This document shows, piece by piece, positions 1 to 9,989 of a stretch of 46,823 nucleotides of DNA (the stretch's first letter is position 1; each line of letters starts with the position of its first letter). Both the position numbers and the translations under genes were made by a program. A model generated the notes under the pieces. The model saw only the letters and a list, made by a program, of their open reading frames with translations. It ran no database searches and was not told the DNA's origin. The DNA is from Nemertoderma westbladi (taxonomy: Eukaryota > Animalia > Xenacoelomorpha): assembly GCA_032718475.1 (NCBI GenBank), contig JAUCBJ010007178.1, positions 1 to 46,823 of the forward strand, given 5' to 3'.

Positions 1-116
1 TTGGTTTCGACTAGTGTAGTGAATCAAATACTTGTCATAGGCTAAAAAGCGATTTAATATCTAGAAGACATCTTAATTTGGCGGGTTAAACTGCCAAAGG
101 TCTGAAAGCGCGAACA
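1..116 (+). mobile_element. 3' end of an LTR from a sister family of the BEL/Pao element at 16311-33632 (cut by the window edge)
   Basis: 1-116 aligns with the reverse complement of 16311-16425 with scattered substitutions (shared ctagaagacatc..aatttgg..ggttaaactg..aaaggtctgaaagcgcgaaca). It ends at the same ...AACA terminus. Confidence 0.85.
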
Positions 117-974
117 AGATATCCGCGAAAAGTATCGCGTAAGGTATACAAGTAGAACATATATGATAATCACTTTATTTACTTTAGGCCCTACTTTACT
201 TTTCACAGTAAGGACCGTGTTTTACGAAAAGTATACAAGTAGCACATATTTGGTAATCGCATAAAGCATTAAGAAATCAACCTAATTTTGATTTTATTGG
301 ATAGTTCTTTTTACAGAACACAAGTGAACACACAAGAACACACCCGAACACACTCCAAAACTGCCGAACAAAATCGAACACAGTCGAAAATAGAAAGAGC
401 ACAAAAAAATAACACCGGGTTCCAACCTTTAGATAAAATTAGCCACGCGTTGCTTTTCTATAAGAAAATTCCCGAAATTATTGAATAAAATTGTCGTGAA
501 ATTAAATATTAATCGTTTCTGATTGATTGTGATTGTGGTATTTTTAAATATGTCCCAATGAGTGACGAAAAATGCAAGTAGCTCAGTAATATAACATTGT
601 CTTCAACTTCTATTTCATTTGTTCATTTCCACGACGCATATAACAACGGATTATTCCCCAAAAATAAAACTGAAACGTCTTTTCTATTGACTTCAGTTTA
701 TTGTTTTGGTTAGAATGACGCGCCAAAGTTAACCTGACCCTTTCACGAAATAGATACTTTAACATTTCGGTGAGAATTTAAATTGCCGATAGGGGTTGCG
801 TTAAGTTTTCTCCTATCTCACAAATTCAAAAATATATGCGTATAGCAAATGGGCCACTACAAAAGTTAATTTCTGAACTGAAATAAACCTACGGAGCCCA
901 TACAGGGAAATTAAATAGTCTTTTTTTTTGCTAAGTCATGCGAACGACTTACGATCTCTAGTGTGATACAGTGT

Positions 975-1430
975 AATACAGGGCCAAATACATGGGCGCT
1001 GCCCATGTCTGTCTGTCACGTGCTTCTGTTTTTCTGTCTGTCTGGCTCACACCAATATCCCAGCTATGACTCAGTAAATTTTTTTGAAATTTGTTATGTA
1101 TGTAGTAGAGAAAAGGTTTAGAAAGTTTAGTTGTAGATTTTGGCGCCCTGCAATTTCATGGGATGCATTTAAGTGGCGCTAAATATCTTATTTTCAAGGC
1201 TTAATAACTTATGAAGGACCTTTTTATTAAAAGATTTTAACGATAAATTATACATACTGTGTATAATAATGATTCCTACTAGTGATTCCGACCATACAAT
1301 GACACAGGGTGTATTCTAGATTGTAATCTGACAATTTTCAGCTTGAACGGATCATAAATGACTGAATAGGTCAAAAAATTCACTTTCAGACATTTCGTCC
1401 TCTAGCGGCAGACTAAAGAACTGCAGATTG
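975..1430. repeat. Probable non-autonomous DNA-type repeat related to the 26146-26664 insertion
   Basis: (ctgt)n-like tract at ~1006-1045. The blocks tttcagcttgaacggat and cctctagcggcagact..agaactgcagat (1336-1430) recur at 26241-26342. Boundaries are uncertain. Confidence 0.4.
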
Positions 1431-2229
1431 TCTTGAGTTAGCCATTATTGAGTTTCAACTGGAGTATTGTATATTGAATTTAAAAACCCGCTATTGTTTT
1501 TTTTATTACTACAGTAGTAATGTCCAATCGAAGCATAGTTAGTTAAGTGGTTCGAATGTCTTAGTGAGTCGTTCCAACGAGTTAATTAAGTCGGCCGTAC
1601 GACTTTAGTATAAATCTGTACAAGTCAGCCTACCTGAACGTTTTCCCTTTGCGTTCTGTGTATGAGAATCCTCGTCCATCGTAAAATAATGTATATTCTT
1701 TATTTAATATTCAGAAATAAAAGATAGAATTGATTTTCTATCTTTTAGGCCCATTTTATTTTATTTATTTATTTATCAATATTAATATAATGATTATATA
1801 CTTCTCCGAACGCCATTTCTGATAATTAGTTTTATTTATATAAATCCATTACAACTTAATAATTGGCAACAAATTTATTTGTTTCGATAATATATTTAGT
1901 TTACACAATTGTACCCCCCCCCCCCCCCCCCCCCCCCATCCTACCCCCGTCAGTGCTTTACTGCGTGGGTGGTTCTCTCCAGGTGCTTTCGTAATGTTGC
2001 CTAGCAATTATTTGATAAAGGTAAATAGTCTGACAGGGCGGGAAATTTAAAAATAGTTAATGCTACCTTGATTTGGATGTTTATTTATTGGCTGACCTAC
2101 AGACATTACTGACATTAGACATTTAGCTCAAGAGTGCTGCTGCCTGCAGTAGCGCGTACCGGTAGCCATCTGACACAGTTAACGCATTTGCTCTATGTGG
2201 TCTCTCGCTGTTTCACGAACTTGGAAGAG

Positions 2230-2655
2230 ATGAGCATCATAAAGAGCTGAACTGCGTTGGTACAGGAGGAATACCCCCCACGTTGTAAAAATAAGAGGCG
2301 TGGACATACCGAGTTCGACATCCCGGAGACCAATGCGGTGTGGGTGGTTGAAGATGAATACCTCTATGTTCTATAAAACAGATAAATGCCTTTTGAACAG
2401 TAGCGATTCCCTAAAGAACGGAAACCGAGACGTCCGACTGGATTGTTATTCGACGGGTGTGGACACACGGATGAAAAACTCGACTTTGATCGGTTGTAGA
2501 CGCGGATCGATGGCAACGTTATTGGCGACTTCCGTGGGTTGTGGCACTGGTGGAGACGAAATCACGGAGCTCGTTGGGGCGTATCAACGAATAACTGCCG
2601 GCAGGCGTGGGCCACTCCACCAAATATAATGGGAAATCTTTTCACACAGGCGTAA
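2230..2655 (+). pseudogene. Possible decayed 142-codon ORF of unknown product
   Basis: ATG at 2230 to TAA at 2655 in one frame with 5 internal stops. It is a GC-richer, coding-like island in AT-rich DNA. No motif recognised. Confidence 0.2.
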
Positions 2656-2947
2656 TAATCAGTATATAATAGATGGAAATATACATAAAAATATAATAGA
2701 AATATACATATAAATATACATAAAAATATAATAGAAATATAGATAGAAATATACATAGAAATATAATAGAAATATAGATAGAAATAATCATAAAAGCATA
2801 ATAGAAATATAGATAGTGTTGGATTATTCACTGTTAAGTAGATATCTACAGTACCATGAAAAAAAGTTTCTAAATCCGATGTATTTTGCCTTGATTTGTA
2901 GTAGTTGTAATATGCCTACTTCCTATAATAGTTATAAGTTCACTGCG

Positions 2948-3030
2948 GATTCCATTGGTGCAGTGGTCAGATAGGTTAAGGTATTGGTTACATTCTAGGT
3001 AGGTAAGGGGTTCGAATCTGGGTCGGGAAA
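2948..3030 (+). repeat. Degenerate tRNA-derived (SINE-head-like) sequence
   Basis: A-box-like TGGTGCAGTGG and B-box-like GGTTCGAATCT. No clean cloverleaf. Confidence 0.3.
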
Positions 3031-3077
3031 TTTGTATTTTGGGCTGTTAAATTTTCGGTTTCATTAAACTAGATAAG

Positions 3078-3242
3078 CCAATGAGGTGCGTACAACACAT
3101 GGAACGATGTGTTGGGCCAATCATAGGGCACTTAATAATTTATTGCTCCAATGTGCGGCCATAGAATGTTATCGAATGTTCTAGGTGATTCCATGCTTAG
3201 GATTTGCTATATAAGGGGCAGTTTGTCCTTCGGTTATCAGTC
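3078..3242 (+). promoter_or_regulatory. Pol II core promoter-like arrangement (CCAAT, TATA, Inr), possibly from an orphan LTR
   Basis: CCAAT at 3078 and 3117, TATATAA at 3208-3214 and TCAGTC at 3237-3242. The TATA lies 31 nt before the Inr A. Confidence 0.35.
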
Positions 3243-3524
3243 ACACTAACTTGTAAAACTGTGTACTAACTAACTAATAACTTAGTTTCCTTAGTTTACT
3301 ATCCACTTATCTCTCTTACTTTAGTTTAGTCCCTTTTGTTATTTGTAAAGTCAAAGTTTGATAATTCTTTATAATTACGTTAAATATACTGCTCTTAGCC
3401 ATGTAGTTTTAACGTATCTACCTTGGGACAGCCAAACGCTTCGGAGAATGGCTGCCTAAACCGTTAGGCCTCAGCAACACAAGGGAAAGGATGTCCACGA
3501 TGCATTAAGAGCCCACATTATCTA

Positions 3525-3712
3525 TGTTTGGTAATCTGTAATAGCTTGTATTTAGGTTAACACTAGAGCTAAGTGTGTAAATGTTTGGTAATCTTTAGTG
3601 ACTTTAATTTAGGTTTAACACTAGAGCTAAGTGTGTAAATGTTTGGAAATCTTTAATGGCTTTTATTTAGGTTAACACTAGAGCTAAGTGTGTAAATGTT
3701 TGGTAATCTTTA
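3525..3712. repeat. Tandem repeat, ~57-58 bp x ~3.3
   Basis: The unit atgtttggtaatcttt...atttaggttaacactagagctaagtgtgtaa repeats three times. Confidence 0.9.
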
Positions 3713-4353
3713 GCATCAAGATAGCATCATGATAGCATCTATCATGAAGATAGCATCAACCTTAAGTGCGCTTCAATTCCACTGGAATCCAATCTAATAT
3801 TGGATGTGGGGTGGAATTTATTTTTTTTTTCTCGGCGTCAGTTTTCCAGGCTGGCTTCCATGGGTCTGTTTTCACTACCCATCCTTGATACATCTGCGAG
3901 CTAAGCTGTATCAAGGCATCTGGCGTCTCTGTTTTAGACGATCGCCTTCACTCCTCACACAATTTTATCTCTTGGACATTGTTGTCCCTTCCTCTCTCAC
4001 AAGTCCCTTAGGACTCATCCCCATCCATGCTCGCTGCCTACGCTTGAATCTCGCACCCTTTTACTTCTCCTCCAAACTCCAGCACCTCCTCCCCAGGCTC
4101 CTCTCATTCTCAAGCCCTTTTATTCCCACTCTACACGCCTGTGGTCCCATCAAGTGTCCCTCCTACTCATACCCCCGGTAGCGCCCGTCTGGACGATTCT
4201 TATCCCGCAGGATATGAGCTCTCACAATAAATCCTAAACTCCGCCCTGTTGTTCAATGACCACACAATCTGGGTTGGCCTACCCCTCTACTCTTCCTCCC
4301 ATGTGTTTCCCTAATACGTCCGTTAACCCTAATACTGACTCCAGCTGGGCTCT

Positions 4354-4555
4354 ATATGGTCCCGTTGACCCAGCATATGGTCCCATTGACCCGGAATATG
4401 GTCCCGTTGACCCTGCATTAGTGCGTACGTATGGTCCCATTGACCCGGCATTAGTGCGTATGTATGGTCCCATTGACCCGGTGTTAGTGCGTATGTATGG
4501 TCCCATTGACCCGGCGTTAGTGCGTACATATGGTCACATTGACCCGGCGTTAGTG
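4354..4555. repeat. Minisatellite with 21-bp then 33-bp units (tatggtcccattgacccggcattagtgcgtacg)
   Basis: Direct repeats are visible and explain the repetitive YGPIDP ORFs. Confidence 0.9.
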
Positions 4556-7113
4556 TGTAAATTATGTACATTGGTACGTTTGTACCATACGTTAGTATGT
4601 ATGTACCACATATGTATTGTACATTTTTGTACCCATCGAACATACGTAATTGTAACTAGCTACTCCTATTATGTACATTGGTAGGTTCGTACCATATGTT
4701 AGTACATGTGTTGTGTACTACGTATGTATTGTACATTTGTACCCATCGGACATATGTAATTATAACTAGCTACTCCTAAATATTATTTTTTTTATATTAT
4801 TTTATATTTTATTTTTGTGGGAAGGGTGTATCGCCCTCATTCCCACCCCCTCAGTCCAATTTGTTGGACGACTCATCGACCTAAGGGCGATTTTTTCAGC
4901 AGGCAACTCTCCCACTGCCCCCCTGCAGGTCCTCTTATTCTTCGCCCCACTCTCCTTGTCAATTCCAAATCTCTTGGATCTGACTTTCCCTTCTCCTCCA
5001 CCCTAAGATCGGATCTTTCCGTCACCTCACAGAACTCCTCATCGTCCCCTGGCGTGCAAAATGCCACCCTTCATCTTGTCATCACTTGGTGGTAGAATGC
5101 CGCCCTTCATCTCATCCTCACTGGTACATGCCACCTCTGCTGGCCTCCCCCTCAATATGTGCGCCGGCATTAAAGCCCCCGATGACCCTTGGTCATCGTT
5201 CGGTACACATAATGGCTTACCATTTAATACCCCTCGCACTCTGCCAGCCCCGTGTACAACACATCTCCTCTAACTTTCCTGTCTCCTTTGTCACCCTTCG
5301 TCATCGGCTCCTCTCCCTTTGGATTAACCTTCTTACATCCTCTCCCTTTCCACCTTGTCTTCTTATTCGACCTCCTCAGTGTTGGTAGGCTTCTTAATTG
5401 GACCAGCGTCTCTTCTGGACATCTCTCCGGAGATCTCACCATCCACTCTTCTCCATCCTCATACCGATACTCGCCAGGAACATCCGTGTTACATCCCATT
5501 GCCTCTAGGTCCTGTGCGTCGAACCCATTCTCCTCTGCACACACTCCCTTGCTGTTACTTCTCGTCCTGTCTCCTCTACCGACGGTATTTCTCTGGACTC
5601 ATCCTCCACACTTTCCACTGTATGTGGATCCAGATCCATGCCTGTCCCCTGTCTCCTGGTATCCTTCCCCGGGCCGCTTCTCACATGGGATCTCCCCATC
5701 ACCCGTCTTTGGCTTCTCCTCTATGTCCTCAATGGTACTGGACAGCATGCATCCTGAGGATTCGGACATGCTAAACGGGATCCTTGTCTTTATTGGGCCG
5801 CTGAGCGTCCATCCGAATGGCATGAGAATGGCCACCGGGTCTCGCTCTTTATCATCGCCGAAGATGGTTTGCAGCCTCTCATGGGCCGTCGGACAGTCCA
5901 TACCGACTATGAGAGGCACTTTCGGGACATCTAGTTCGGGTGCAAAGAAAGTTGATGTCGTCCAGGTACCGGTACTGCTCGATCTCGATCTTTGTAGGTC
6001 GCCTGGCATTAATGTTGATCGACTCTATTATCTGAATGGGTTCCATGGTGGCCCCATAGTCGCACCCTGGTGTTATCGCTGCAATCTCGCATCGTCCCCT
6101 CCTCATCTTCATGACCTCGTCTTTGCTTGAGATCGTGGTCACCGCCATTTTACTTGGCCTGGTCTCGTAATCCAATCTTCTCGGCCACCCAACTCTCCGT
6201 TAGCGTGAACGCTGCTCCACTATCGACCAACATTAGTGTCATAACCGATAGCCCGTTCTCTCCTATTATTCTCACTGGTACTACTCCGAGTAGTACCGTT
6301 CACTTCCTCATTGCTCCCATGGTGCTCGTCGCCATCATCTGGCCTCTAGTTCCATCAGTCTCAGTGTACTTTGGTGGGTTCTCTCGATACCTATCCTTCT
6401 TATGTCCTCCCACCGCGCATCTGTGACATAATCCAAACTTCCCTGTATAGGCTAATCGATCTTCTTTCAGCAGTGACTGCCACTGGTCGCAATCGATGGT
6501 CTTATGCGTCGTATCCCACATATGCACATGTTTTCTATGTAGTTAACACCTATAGTATGGATTATAACGCTCTCTGTATAGCGTCTTGCATATTTCATCC
6601 AGGTCCGAGCCGGATGGTTTGTTGTTTTGGTTGTATAAACCCGCGTCAAGGGTGTTGTTTCTTCTATAGTTACCACGGCTGTTATGTGGATAGACTCTAT
6701 AGACTTGTAGGTATTTAAGGCACTCCGCCTGTATGAGATTTATTGCCAAATTCTCATTGCTGTACATCCTCCGGAACTGTAGATATTCTTCCGGCTTGCT
6801 ATCATCAAACTTGAAAGGCTCCATGGGTGGCAGCTCAATTCTAGTTTTTAGCGCGTTGATGAGTGTTGCCATTCCCATTGCTTAAATCTCCAGTGCACTC
6901 GACGGTACGGATGCAGCTTCTTTACGTACTGGCTGTGCTTCGCCTCTCGGGTTCGTCGACTTTCCCTGTGTGGGATATATCATTGGGGGCAATGGTCCCC
7001 TCCATATCTCAGTGTCGCACGACTTGTTTTCATCTGGGGGGGTTGCGATCTTTATTTTATTTTGTTGCATGAATTGCGAATACGAAGTTATGGTGATCCC
7101 AGGGGATATCTTA

Positions 7114-7766
7114 ATTTGAGACAAAATAAGATAAGTAGTGCGATTTGAAAGAACATAATTATTGTTTAAATCCGGAACGTTTCGTATATTACGTTATACA
7201 TCATCAGCCATAATACTGTAGGTACAAAATAACTATAATTATATGAAAAAACCTAAAATTAATGTAAAAGATAAGAGTAAGCAAAATTCAAAATGTGATA
7301 GGGTGGATAATTACGATAAATGTAAATTAGAATATTTTTACTAGGTATAATGAAGTAAATGCAGAATTACAGAGAAGTTATAGAAAAAATTACAGTACCG
7401 GTAGCAATCAAAGACTAAAGGCAGTAAACTAACTAGGTAGTGTGTTCATTACAGTAGATACATTAGAATTGTACTGTATGTAATAGTTATCATAATTATA
7501 ATAGATATAGCGGGAATGAAGTGTCTTGTATGTTAAGTGATGGTCTTCGTTTCTGTATAATTAGACTTTCTTTAATTAGTAGATCGTAGTTGTTAGTGGC
7601 TGTACCTATAATATTAAAGTCTTGGTATTCGAATCGGTGGTCGTACTCAAGTGCATGTTCATGTATGGAGGAGTGGATGTTGGCTTTCCTGTTTGGGGAG
7701 ACTTCGCAAGGTGCTCAGAGATTCTTACTTTAAAGTGGCGCTCGGATTTACCGATGTAGTCAGCAT
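7114..7766 (-). mobile_element. 5'-truncated Penelope-like element (GIY-YIG C-terminal half plus 3' pLTR region)
   Basis: Minus strand reads ADYIGKSERHFKVRISEHL...(frameshift)SSIHEHALEYDHRF..DFNIIG...LLIKESLIIQKRRPSLN, stop at 7496-7498. It is flanked by TATCTTA at 7107-7113 and 7767-7773. Removing it rejoins the BEL frame (LLYPQYKISPGIT). Confidence 0.85.
7173..7210 (-). ncRNA. Minimal type I hammerhead ribozyme of Penelope pLTR type
   Basis: Minus strand tgg CTGATGA t gtata acgtaa tatac GAAAC GTT ccg: conserved core, 5-bp stem II, loopless palindromic stem III and 3-bp stem I. Confidence 0.75.
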
Positions 7767-9745
7767 TATCTTATATTGCGGATACAGTAAGGGGGGAATG
7801 TCACCCTGCCCCCCCCCCCCCCCCACCGGTGTTATATTCTTCGCTGGGGTAGATGTTATTATATTGGGGCCCATACACTTATCTGCAATACCCACCACCC
7901 CCCCCCCCCCCCCTCCCCTGGGTATATGTTATATCCATGCATATTATAGTCATACTGGTGTGCAGGTACCGGTATAGGCCTAGCAGGTTCCTGCCTACTC
8001 ACCAGTATGTAAGCCGCAACCTCCGGGTATAATCCCGGCATTCGCGCTACCCTATCATCTACACTATCTCTCCCAGCATGGCCTATAGTATGTTCAGTAA
8101 GACCTACAGTATGTCCTGCAATCTGTACGTGTTCCTCGTGATCGAAGTTTAATCTTCTCGAATATTCCGAGAACTCCTCCCCGCGACTACCATATCCTCG
8201 ATCGGCAGCTACGTTACGACAGGAAGTTTCCCTTCGATCCCTTCTTCTCTCATCCTCCTGGTCCCGGTACACTCTGTACCCCTCTCTTGGTGTATAATAT
8301 ACATCGCCGGGCAGTGTTCCCCCAGGGCGACAGCAATCTCCCGAAGTACAACCCCACCAGCCCTCTCTCTCCATTTCGACTATCGACGGTTCATTGTCCG
8401 TCCTATCTCGATATCTCCAGTTGCCCGTGGCAACATTTCCTCGCTCATCTCTATCATCCTCCTCGCGTCCTCCACTCCCGAGGTTATACCTACGTTCATG
8501 AGATCTCGTATCGACCTCCCGGATGAACTCTACCATTCTCCTTCCGTCTCCCAAGTGGGCTCGATGTTCCCTCATTTGGCTGATTATGGTGTGAACGCTT
8601 CTCCCCCTACCAGGTTGTATGGCCTCGTAGATATTCGCTGCCCTTCTACTCCCTTCCATCGCCTTCTACTCTCCTCCATCACCGCACGCATTTCCTGCCG
8701 ACATCTGTGGGGCATTTTTTTTGCATTGCTTTTGCGGAGGGTATAGCGGACTTTTCGGTTGCGACGGACTCCCCTCGCCTGTTCATTCCACTAATTTTGT
8801 CAAGCTTACTAGCGGTTTCACTAACGGACGACGCCGAATCTTCCAGGATAACCTCGGGTTCGGCGTCGTTCGGATCCACCCATCCCAACAAACTTAACCC
8901 CCCACGCATCCACCAGATAAGGCCCTACATACACTACACTATACAGTATAATCTCGGATCACCACAATTCAAACAGTTACTTGGCGACCCCCCTCGCCCT
9001 TTCACTTGCCAGTTCCCCCTGCCCAAATCGGACTAGGTAGTGAAAATGTTTATTACACTCACCGAGTCTCCGAGTTAGTTTGGGTTCATCTACCTTTCCT
9101 CCTGTCTTGGCATCCTTTAGCATCTCCCTCGTCGCATTGTACGTGCGTCATAGTCAACATTCACCGACATTCTCCTCCTCAACTTTCTGAACTTGTTTCC
9201 TCATCCGGCGTCGCACCGTCGGCCCCACCGTTGCCATTCTGGTGGGCCCTTCACCGCCTGTAGCCACCGACTGGCCGGCGATCTCGGTGCTCCTCTCGCC
9301 CCTCCGTGTCGCCTCGCATCTCTTCTTCTCATACCTGTCCGCTCTCCTCCTCTACCACCGAATCGTCTCTCCTCGGCGAATCCGGTGTGGCAGGCCGGTA
9401 CCGCCTCGTCGTCGCCTCCCGAATGGTTTGGTCTCTATTGCTCGGGGTGCGCGGCAGAGTTCATCCCCTCTCCGAACCCTGGGGTGTGTGTTCGCTCATC
9501 TCGTTGGCGCTGGCTGTGGTCACAGTTTATTTAAGCTGGATGTTGACTTGTTGGCAGTTTTTAACTGTGATGGAATCCAGTGGAGTCGGCAGTTTGGACC
9601 CCCGACCGGTGTGTGTGTTATACGCATCGCCGCGTCTGTAGGCTGCTAAAAGCTGTGGTCTGGATATATAATAGGCCGAAGGCCATTGAAATAACTGAGT
9701 TTTTACTGTCAGTTGTTTTAATCACAGAACATAATAATAGCACAG

Positions 9746-9965
9746 TGTGGCAGTATAATCGTACTGCTAATGTCTCATCATAAAGTATACCGGATATGCA
9801 AAGGTATGCAATAAAAATGTATAATATGAAGGCAGTAGTTAGCCTACACCAGTAAGTAGGATGAAGGAAGTTAATGCAGTGAATAGTCAAGTGAAAACTC
9901 TCTAACACTTGTCCGAGTATATGGCAAACTCAGTAGGTCCTGAGTATGTAAGTGGCACCGCCACA
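9746..9965 (-). repeat. 3' LTR of the Gypsy element
   Basis: TGTGGC...GCCACA termini. One substitution seen versus 13952-14171 (ggatgaagg vs ggatgtagg). Confidence 0.97.
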
Positions 9966-9980
9966 TGACCCCCCCAGACT
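9966..9980 (-). other. Polypurine tract of the Gypsy element
   Basis: Minus strand agtctGGGGGGGtca directly before the 3' LTR. Confidence 0.8.
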
Positions 9981-9989
9981 CGGAAAGAG

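Larger units (their letters stand above)
5200..9500 (-). mobile_element. Decayed BEL/Pao LTR-retrotransposon gag-protease remnant
   Basis: Minus-strand fragments: BEL gag-like IELPPMEPFKFDDSKPEEYLQF (6543-6878), zinc knuckles (GLCHRCAVGGH, 6300-6527), aspartic protease VVPVRIIG..MLVDSGAAFT (~6150-6298) and LIVGMD..P.A..FGWTLSGP (5599-6009). Many stops and frameshifts. Ends and LTRs not found. Confidence 0.75.

Noticed and set aside
1914-1937. Long C/G homopolymers (also ~7809, ~7897, ~36219, ~40255)
   Set aside because: Common slippage tracts whose length is unreliable in assemblies.
2562-2831. Hydrophobic 89-aa ORF
   Set aside because: Produced by AT-rich low-complexity repeats (agaaatatagat).
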